NCBI GenBank assembly: GCA_965649765.1
Contig: OZ287752.1
Span: 66,836,001-66,900,000 of the forward strand
Source of the DNA: Bispira polyomma
Lineage: Eukaryota
Direction: 5' to 3'
DNA: 64,000 bases
Below the pieces are notes generated by a model, which was not told the origin of the DNA, did not search any database, and was given only the letters and a program-made list of their open reading frames with translations. Position numbers and translations under genes: made by a program. Numbering within the stretch: position 1 is the stretch's first letter; each line of letters starts with the position of its first letter. Shown here piece by piece: positions 38,422 to 48,050 of the stretch.

Positions 38422-38456
38422 AGATGTTGTATCTATCCTGTGGTACTATGTTTCAG

Positions 38457-39445
38457 GAATGCATCCTTTGGACTCCCTGTTCACAAATAGAGCCTGCAAG
38501 AGACTGCATTTTGCTTTTGCTGAATCAACAGCCAGGGCCTATGATGCCATGTTTAGACTCTTCCTGGCCTTTGGAGCTTTCATGCAATGGCCTCTATATC
38601 AGGTGATTGTATTCAGGATTTTGTCTTTTTTAGAGTTTCTGACTTTTAATCATATGTCTGCTGCTCAAATTGCAAATCATCTTTCGGCTGTTAAAGCGAA
38701 ATGCATTCTCTTTCATGTAAATGTGGACTGCTTTGCAGATCCACATATATCTTATTATAGTAGGGCTCTTGCTATTAATAAGCCTTTACAAGCCAAACTT
38801 AAAACATTGTTTGATATTCCTTTGCTAACTGCATTGGTTGCCAAATGTGACAACACGTATATGGGACAGATCTTTAAGGCTGTTTATCTGACCAGTTTTT
38901 TCAGTTTCTTGAGGCTTTCCAATTTGTGCCCACACTCTGTGGCTGGGTTCTCTCCATTGAAGCATTTGGCCAGAGGGGATGTGCTTTTTAAGCCTGGGTA
39001 CATAACTCTTTTAGTAAAATGGTCTAAGACCATGCAGGTGAACAATCAAATTAAACTGTTAAACATTCCAGTCCTGCAGAACTCATGCCTATGTCCTGTG
39101 GCTGCTCTGAAGAATGTGCTGGCCCTTACCCCTGGTGGCCCTAACATGCCTCTTTTTCAGTATAAGTTAGGTGGTGCTTGGGTTCCGTTGACAGACACCA
39201 GGGTTCGGCGTCACTTGAAGAATGTGCTGCAGCTCCTGGGCTGTGGTCATGCTAACCTTACTTTCCATGCGTTCCGGCGTTCAGGTGCCACGTTTGCCTT
39301 TAACAATAATGTCAACATACAGGACATTCAGCGGCATGGCACCTGGACGTCGGACTGCGTCTGGAGGTACATCACAGATTCGGCCCAGACGGGGTCCCAG
39401 GTCGCTGATTGCTTCAAGGGTGCGCTTCAGCCTACTCCTAGGTAA
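38457..39445 (+). CDS. Tyrosine recombinase (intact frame; probably second exon of a spliced GagN-YR mRNA)
   Basis: Open to TAA at 39443-39445 with catalytic R (FLRLSN), K (WSKT), HxxR (FHAFRRSGA), H/W (HGTW) and Y (VWRYI); preceded by acceptor TTTCAG ending at 38456; first ATG at 38459. Confidence 0.9.
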
Positions 39446-39455
39446 CTCTGGTGTT

Positions 39456-40285
39456 TGGTGGTCTGACTTCTATAGGTCACCTGTGCAAAAAGAATATATA
39501 AATGTTATGGTATAATAAACATAAATTTGGACAGTTCACAACCCCCTTGTCCTTGGGCATAAGGTCACCTTATATCTCGGTACATTATGTACTCTTACAT
39601 AATTTATCTTCCAATCACTTTGCAACCTCCATAGTATGCTTTAAATCAACCTTAAACTCAAGGTAGGGCCAACAGTTCGGGCCCATACTGACTTGAACTC
39701 AAGGTATGTTCATAATTAAGTTCAAATTTAAGTCGGGCTCACTAACGGTGCCCCTTCATTGACATACTCTTGACACATTGGTTGCTAGTCTTAAACTCAA
39801 TTTAGGGCCATCATTAGGCCCCCTCAAAATTCTTTAGTTAAGGTGACCTTAAGTCAACCTTATTGTTATATAAAAACTTAGACTGACTTTACGTTCACCT
39901 TAAACTTTAACTCACTGTAAGGTGACCTTATGCCCCCCAACTATAATCTGAAACTGTACATACTATACCTGTAGAACTAACCATGCTAGTCATTAATAAA
40001 TATTTACCCGCAAGTGTTTTTCTGTGTTGCTAAAGAAATTAGAAAATTATTAAGGTTTCTATTACCAACTTAGACTGACTTTACGTTCACCTTAAACTTT
40101 AACTCACTGTAAGGTGACCTTATGCCCCCCAACTATAATCTGAAACTGTACATACTATACCTGTAGAACTAACCATGCTAGTCATTAATAAATATTTACC
40201 CGCAAGTGTTTTTCTGTGTTGCTAAAGAAATTAGAAAATTATTAAGGTTTCTATTACCAACTTTCCCTTGGCCCACGGGGAACTG
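39456..40285 (+). repeat. Terminal repeat B1 (830 bp = 648-bp B with a 10-bp deletion and a 192-bp internal duplication)
   Basis: Aligns to B copies such as 41191-41838; duplicated block 39875-40066 / 40067-40258. Confidence 0.92.
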
Positions 40286-43200
40286 TGTAAGGCAGGGCCC
40301 CAGCTCTGGCGCTCTCAGTTCTGGGGGACCAGTCTTAATCTTCACGCTTCACTGCTTGCGGGCTGTATATAAGGCAGCTTCATTCAAACGTCCCGCCATT
40401 TATAACAATAGTGTTCACAGAATAACAACTTTGGAACGCCCACCCTCCACTACCCTTTCTTAATTGCTTTTTGTAGTTGTAGGAGTTATCACAGTGGTTG
40501 GACTTGGCGAATTGGGCAGGCTTCCTCGATGGTGAGCCTGGTGTAACCTTGGTTCCCAGGTCTCCACGTCTTTATCACTCCCAGTGGTTCCAGCCGTTTG
40601 TAGATCGCGGTTGTCAGGTTTACCATCACAGGCCAGTGTTCCGGCCTCATGAACGTTCGTGCTGGGACTGGTTCCGATTATGCTGGGATGTGTTTAATGT
40701 TGGGAAGCTGTAAGATATAGTATCACAGATCTGGAAGTACTGCCTTAATTTGCTTTAGTGCCTGTGTTGAATAAATGTGCTTAATGTAATGTTAAAAGTA
40801 AAGATTTTATACAATTAGATTTTAAATGAATAAAGCAGATAAGTTTCAAGTAGTAAATGTGCTGGCTCTTCTCACGCGAGAATTTTGTGTTAAATAAGGG
40901 GCCGTATTGCTCGCCTAGTAGGACTGTTCCTGTAAGCTAGAGTGTGAATTGCTGGCTTTTAGATTAAATGTACAAGATGGCTGTCTTACACCATCGCTGG
41001 GATATTTTTTGGAATGAACTCTTGGTGCAGTCAGTGAGGGCGTGACTGCGGATACCATTTTACCTCGCCAGTAAATTATTTAGTAGTTATTTACTTAGTC
41101 TCTTTAAATTGTTTTATGAACTTTTACACCATGAACTTGTTACAACAAGATTTTTATGTTTTTAATTATCCTTATATATACATATCGCTGTGGTGGTCTG
41201 ATTTCTATAGGTCACCTGTGCAAAAAGAATATATAAATGTTATGGTATAATAAACATAAATTTGGACAGTTCACAACCCCCTTGTCCTTGGGCATAAGGT
41301 CACCTTATATCTCGGTACATTATGTACTCTTACATAATTTATCTTCCAATCACTTCGCAACCTCCATAGTATGCTTTAAATCAACCTTAAACTCAAGGTA
41401 GGGCCAACAGTTCGGGCCCATTTACTTCCATACTGACTTGAACTCAAGGTATGTTCATAATTAAGTTCAAATTTAAGTCGGGCTCACTAACGGTGCCCCT
41501 TCATTGACATACTCTTGACACATTGGTTGCTAGTCTTAAACTCAATTTAGGGCCATCGTTAGGCCCCCTCAAAATTCTTTAGTTAAGGTGACCTTAAGTC
41601 AACCTTATTGTTATATAAAAACTTAGACTGACTTTACGTTCACCTTAAACTTTAACTCACTGTAAGGTGACCTTATGCCCCCCAACTATAATCTGAAACT
41701 GTACATACTATACCTGTAGAACTAACCATGCTAGTCATTAATAAATATTTACCCGCAAGTGTTTTTCTGTGTTGCTAAAGAAATTAGAAAATTATTAAGG
41801 TTTCTATTACCAACTTTCCCTTGGCCCACGGGGAACTGTGTAAGGCAGGGCCCCAGCTCTGGCGCTCTCAGTTCTGGGGGACCAGTCTTAATCTTCACGC
41901 TTCATTGCTTGCGGGCTGTATATAAGGCAGCTTCATTCAAACGTCCCGCCATTTATAACAATAGTGTTCACAGAATAACAACTTTGGAACGCCCACCCTC
42001 CACTACCCTTTCTTAATTGCTTTTTGTAGTTGTAGGAGTTATCACAGTGGTTGGACTTGGCGAATTGGGCAGGCTTCCTCGATGGTGAGCCTGGTGTAAC
42101 CTTGGTTCCCAGGTCTCCACGTCTTTATCACTCCCAGTGGTTCCAGCCGTTTGTAGATCGCGGTTGTCAGGTTTACCATCACAGGCCAGTGTTCCGGCCT
42201 CATGAACGTTCGTGCTGGGACTGGTTCCGATTATGCTGGGATGTGTTTAATGTTGGGAAGCTGTAAGATATAGTATCACAGATCTGGAAGTACTGCCTTA
42301 ATTTGCTTTAGTGCCTGTGTTGAATAAATGTGCTTAATGTAATGTTAAAAGTAAAGATTTTATACAATTAGATTTTAAATGAATAAAGCAGATAAGTTTC
42401 AAGTAGTAAATGTGCTGGCTCTTCTCACGCGAGAATTTTGTGTTAAATAAGGGGCCGTATTGCTCGCCTAGTAGGACTGTTCCTGTAAGCTAGAGTGTGA
42501 ATTGCTGGCTTTTAGATTAAATGTACAAGATGGCTGTCTTACACCATCGCTGGGGTATTTTTTGGAATGAACTCTTGGTGCAGTCAGTGAGGGCGTGACT
42601 GCGGATACCATTTTACCTCGCCAGTAAATTATTTAGTAGTTATTTACTTAGTCTCTTTAAATTGTTTTATGAACTTTTACACCATGAACTTGTTACAACA
42701 AGATTTTTATGTTTTTAATTATCCTTATATATACATATCGCTGTGGTGGTCTGATTTCTATAGGTCACCTGTGCAAAAAGAATATATAAATGTTATGGTA
42801 TAATAAACATAAATTTGGACAGTTCACAACCCCCTTGTCCTTGGGCATAAGGTCACCTTATATCTCGGTACATTATGTACTCTTACATAATTTATCTTCC
42901 AATCACTTCGCAACCTCCAGAGTATGCTTTAAATCAACCTTAAACTCAAGGTAGGGCCAACAGTTCGGGCCCATTTACTTCCATACTGACTTGAACTCAA
43001 GGTATGTTCATAATTAAGTTCAAATTTAAGTCGGGCTCACTAACGGTGCCCCTTCATTGGCATACTCTTGACACATTGGTTGCTAGTCTTAAACTTAATT
43101 TAGGGCCATCGTTAGGCCCCCTCAAAATTCTTTAGTTAAGGTGACCTTAAGTCAACCTTATTGTTATGTAAAAACTTAGACTGACTTTACGTTCACCTTA

Positions 43201-46200
43201 AACTTTAACTCACTGTAAGGTGACCTTATGCCCCCCAACTATAATCTGAAACTGTACATACTATACCTGTAGAACTAACCATGCTAGTCATTAATAAATA
43301 TTTACCCGCAAGTGTTTTTCTGTGTTGCTAAAGAAATTAGAAAATTATTAAGGTTTCTATTACCAACTTTCCCTTGGCCCACGGGGAACTGTGTAAGGCA
43401 GGGCCCCAGCTCTGGCGCTCTCAGTTCTGGGGGACCAGTCTTAATCTTCACGCTTCATTGCTTGCGGGCTGTATATAAGGCAGCTTCATTCAAACGTCCC
43501 GCCATTTATAACAATAGTGTTCACAGAATAACAACTTTGGAACGCCCACCCTCCACTACCCTTTCTTAATTGCTTTTTGTAGTTGTAGGAGTTATCACAG
43601 TGGTTGGACTTGGCGAATTGGGCAGGCTTCCTCGATGGTGAGCCTGGTGTAACCTTGGTTCCCAGGTCTCCACGTCTTTATCACTCCCAGTGGTTCCAGC
43701 CGTTTGTAGATCGCGGTTGTCAGGTTTACCATCACAGGCCAGTGTTCCGGCCTCATGAACGTTCGTGCTGGGACTGGTTCCGATTATGCTGGGATGTGTT
43801 TAATGTTGGGAAGCTGTAAGATATAGTATCACAGATCTGGAAGTACTGCCTTAATTTGCTTTAGTGCCTGTGTTGAATAAATGTGCTTAATGTAATGTTA
43901 AAAGTAAAGATTTTATACAATTAGATTTTAAATGAATAAAGCAGATAAGTTTCAAGTAGTAAATGTGCTGGCTCTTCTCACGCGAGAATTTTGTGTTAAA
44001 TAAGGGGCCGTATTGCTCGCCTAGTAGGACTGTTCCTGTAAGCTAGAGTGTGAATTGCTGGCTTTTAGATTAAATGTACAAGATGGCTGTCTTACACCAT
44101 CGCTGGGGTATTTTTTGGAATGAACTCTTGGTGCAGTCAGTGAGGGCGTGACTGCGGATACCATTTTACCTCGCCAGTAAATTATTTAGTAGTTATTTAC
44201 TTAGTCTCTTTAAATTGTTTTATGAACTTTTACACCATGAACTTGTTACAACAAGATTTTTATGTTTTTAATTATCCTTATATATACATATCGCTGTGGT
44301 GGTCTGATTTCTATAGGTCACCTGTGCAAAAAGAATATATAAATGTTATGGTATAATAAACATAAATTTGGACAGTTCACAACCCCCTTGTCCTTGGGCA
44401 TAAGGTCACCTTATATCTCGGTACATTATGTACTCTTACATAATTTATCTTCCAATCACTTCGCAACCTCCAGAGTATGCTTTAAATCAACCTTAAACTC
44501 AAGGTAGGGCCAACAGTTCGGGCCCATTTACTTCCATACTGACTTGAACTCAAGGTATGTTCATAATTAAGTTCAAATTTAAGTCGGGCTCACTAACGGT
44601 GCCCCTTCATTGGCATACTCTTGACACATTGGTTGCTAGTCTTAAACTTAATTTAGGGCCATCGTTAGGCCCCCTCAAAATTCTTTAGTTAAGGTGACCT
44701 TAAGTCAACCTTATTGTTATGTAAAAACTTAGACTGACTTTACGTTCACCTTAAACTTTAACTCACTGTAAGGTGACCTTATGCCCCCCAACTATAATCT
44801 GAAACTGTACATACTATACCTGTAGAACTAACCATGCTAGTCATTAATAAATATTTACCCGCAAGTGTTTTTCTGTGTTGCTAAAGAAATTAGAAAATTA
44901 TTAAGGTTTCTATTACCAACTTTCCCTTGGCCCACGGGGAACTGTGTAAGGCAGGGCCCCAGCTCTGGCGCTCTCAGTTCTGGGGGACCAGTCTTAATCT
45001 TCACGCTTCATTGCTTGCGGGCTGTATATAAGGCAGCTTCATTCAAACGTCCCGCCATTTATAACAATAGTGTTCACAGAATAACAACTTTGGAACGCCC
45101 ACCCTCCACTACCCTTTCTTAATTGCTTTTTGTAGTTGTAGGAGTTATCACAGTGGTTGGACTTGGCGAATTGGGCAGGCTTCCTCGATGGTGAGCCTGG
45201 TGTAACCTTGGTTCCCAGGTCTCCACGTCTTTATCACTCCCAGTGGTTCCAGCCGTTTGTAGATCGCGGTTGTCAGGTTTACCATCACAGGCCAGTGTTC
45301 CGGCCTCATGAACGTTCGTGCTGGGACTGGTTCCGATTATGCTGGGATGTGTTTAATGTTGGGAAGCTGTAAGATATAGTATCACAGATCTGGAAGTACT
45401 GCCTTAATTTGCTTTAGTGCCTGTGTTGAATAAATGTGCTTAATGTAATGTTAAAAGTAAAGATTTTATACAATTAGATTTTAAATGAATAAAGCAGATA
45501 AGTTTCAAGTAGTAAATGTGCTGGCTCTTCTCACGCGAGAATTTTGTGTTAAATAAGGGGCCGTATTGCTCGCCTAGTAGGACTGTTCCTGTAAGCTAGA
45601 GTGTGAATTGCTGGCTTTTAGATTAAATGTACAAGATGGCTGTCTTACACCATCGCTGGGGTATTTTTTGGAATGAACTCTTGGTGCAGTCAGTGAGGGC
45701 GTGACTGCGGATACCATTTTACCTCGCCAGTAAATTATTTAGTAGTTATTTACTTAGTCTCTTTAAATTGTTTTATGAACTTTTACACCATGAACTTGTT
45801 ACAACAAGATTTTTATGTTTTTAATTATCCTTATATATACATATCGCTGTGGTGGTCTGATTTCTATAGGTCACCTGTGCAAAAAGAATATATAAATGTT
45901 ATGGTATAATAAACATAAATTTGGACAGTTCACAACCCCCTTGTCCTTGGGCATAAGGTCACCTTATATCTCGGTACATTATGTACTCTTACATAATTTA
46001 TCTTCCAATCACTTCGCAACCTCCAGAGTATGCTTTAAATCAACCTTAAACTCAAGGTAGGGCCAACAGTTCGGGCCCATTTACTTCCATACTGACTTGA
46101 ACTCAAGGTATGTTCATAATTAAGTTCAAATTTAAGTCGGGCTCACTAACGGTGCCCCTTCATTGGCATACTCTTGACACATTGGTTGCTAGTCTTAAAC

Positions 46201-48050
46201 TTAATTTAGGGCCATCGTTAGGCCCCCTCAAAATTCTTTAGTTAAGGTGACCTTAAGTCAACCTTATTGTTATGTAAAAACTTAGACTGACTTTACGTTC
46301 ACCTTAAACTTTAACTCACTGTAAGGTGACCTTATGCCCCCCAACTATAATCTGAAACTGTACATACTATACCTGTAGAACTAACCATGCTAGTCATTAA
46401 TAAATATTTACCCGCAAGTGTTTTTCTGTGTTGCTAAAGAAATTAGAAAATTATTAAGGTTTCTATTACCAACTTTCCCTTGGCCCACGGGGAACTGTGT
46501 AAGGCAGGGCCCCAGCTCTGGCGCTCTCAGTTCTGGGGGACCAGTCTTAATCTTCACGCTTCATTGCTTGCGGGCTGTATATAAGGCAGCTTCATTCAAA
46601 CGTCCCGCCATTTATAACAATAGTGTTCACAGAATAACAACTTTGGAACGCCCACCCTCCACTACCCTTTCTTAATTGCTTTTTGTAGTTGTAGGAGTTA
46701 TCACAGTGGTTGGACTTGGCGAATTGGGCAGGCTTCCTCGATGGTGAGCCTGGTGTAACCTTGGTTCCCAGGTCTCCACGTCTTTATCACTCCCAGTGGT
46801 TCCAGCCGTTTGTAGATCGCGGTTGTCAGGTTTACCATCACAGGCCAGTGTTCCGGCCTCATGAACGTTCGTGCTGGGACTGGTTCCGATTATGCTGGGA
46901 TGTGTTTAATGTTGGGAAGCTGTAAGATATAGTATCACAGATCTGGAAGTACTGCCTTAATTTGCTTTAGTGCCTGTGTTGAATAAATGTGCTTAATGTA
47001 ATGTTAAAAGTAAAGATTTTATACAATTAGATTTTAAATGAATAAAGCAGATAAGTTTCAAGTAGTAAATGTGCTGGCTCTTCTCACGCGAGAATTTTGT
47101 GTTAAATAAGGGGCCGTATTGCTCGCCTAGTAGGACTGTTCCTGTAAGCTAGAGTGTGAATTGCTGGCTTTTAGATTAAATGTACAAGATGGCTGTCTTA
47201 CACCATCGCTGGGGTATTTTTTGGAATGAACTCTTGGTGCAGTCAGTGAGGGCGTGACTGCGGATACCATTTTACCTCGCCAGTAAATTATTTAGTAGTT
47301 ATTTACTTAGTCTCTTTAAATTGTTTTATGAACTTTTACACCATGAACTTGTTACAACAAGATTTTTATGTTTTTAATTATCCTTATATATACATATCGC
47401 TGTGGTGGTCTGATTTCTATAGGTCACCTGTGCAAAAAGAATATATAAATGTTATGGTATAATAAACATAAATTTGGACAGTTCACAACCCCCTTGTCCT
47501 TGGGCATAAGGTCACCTTATATCTCGGTACATTATGTACTCTTACATAATTTATCTTCCAATCACTTCGCAACCTCCAGAGTATGCTTTAAATCAACCTT
47601 AAACTCAAGGTAGGGCCAACAGTTCGGGCCCATTTACTTCCATACTGACTTGAACTCAAGGTATGTTCATAATTAAGTTCAAATTTAAGTCGGGCTCACT
47701 AACGGTGCCCCTTCATTGGCATACTCTTGACACATTGGTTGCTAGTCTTAAACTTAATTTAGGGCCATCGTTAGGCCCCCTCAAAATTCTTTAGTTAAGG
47801 TGACCTTAAGTCAACCTTATTGTTATGTAAAAACTTAGACTGACTTTACGTTCACCTTAAACTTTAACTCACTGTAAGGTGACCTTATGCCCCCCAACTA
47901 TAATCTGAAACTGTACATACTATACCTGTAGAACTAACCATGCTAGTCATTAATAAATATTTACCCGCAAGTGTTTTTCTGTGTTGCTAAAGAAATTAGA
48001 AAATTATTAAGGTTTCTATTACCAACTTTCCCTTGGCCCACGGGGAATTG
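40286..48050 (+). repeat. Tandem array of five 1553-bp units, each A (153) + spacer C (752) + B (648)
   Basis: Units start at 40286, 41839, 43392, 44945, 46498; identical small ORFs recur every 1553 bp in the ORF track. Confidence 0.97.

Larger units (their letters stand above)
34950..48050 (+). mobile_element. Young Ngaro-type YR retrotransposon with amplified 3' terminal module: A1-gag-pol-YR-B1-(A-C-B)x5
   Basis: A1 34950-35102 nearly identical to A copies at 40286, 41839, 43392, 44945, 46498; gag, RT/RNase H and YR in Ngaro order; no methyltransferase domain; no TSD. Confidence 0.93.

Noticed and set aside
37933-38456. DIRS1-type element with methyltransferase domain and inverted terminal repeats
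   Set aside because: ORF2 ends shortly after RNase H with no methyltransferase motif, and the termini are split direct repeats, which fits Ngaro.
40206-40463. 85-aa ORF repeated five times
   Set aside because: Starts at GTG, straddles the B|A junction of non-coding terminal repeats and has no recognisable motif; it recurs only because the DNA is repeated.
39456-41838. Hammerhead ribozyme (retrozyme-like) in the repeat unit
   Set aside because: No CTGANGA...GAAA core found by eye on either strand; a covariance-model scan for other ribozyme classes would be needed to exclude them.
40286-48050. CRISPR-like array or tandem gene cluster
   Set aside because: Units are 1553 bp with no variable spacers and consist of retrotransposon terminal repeats; the context is eukaryotic with no cas genes.
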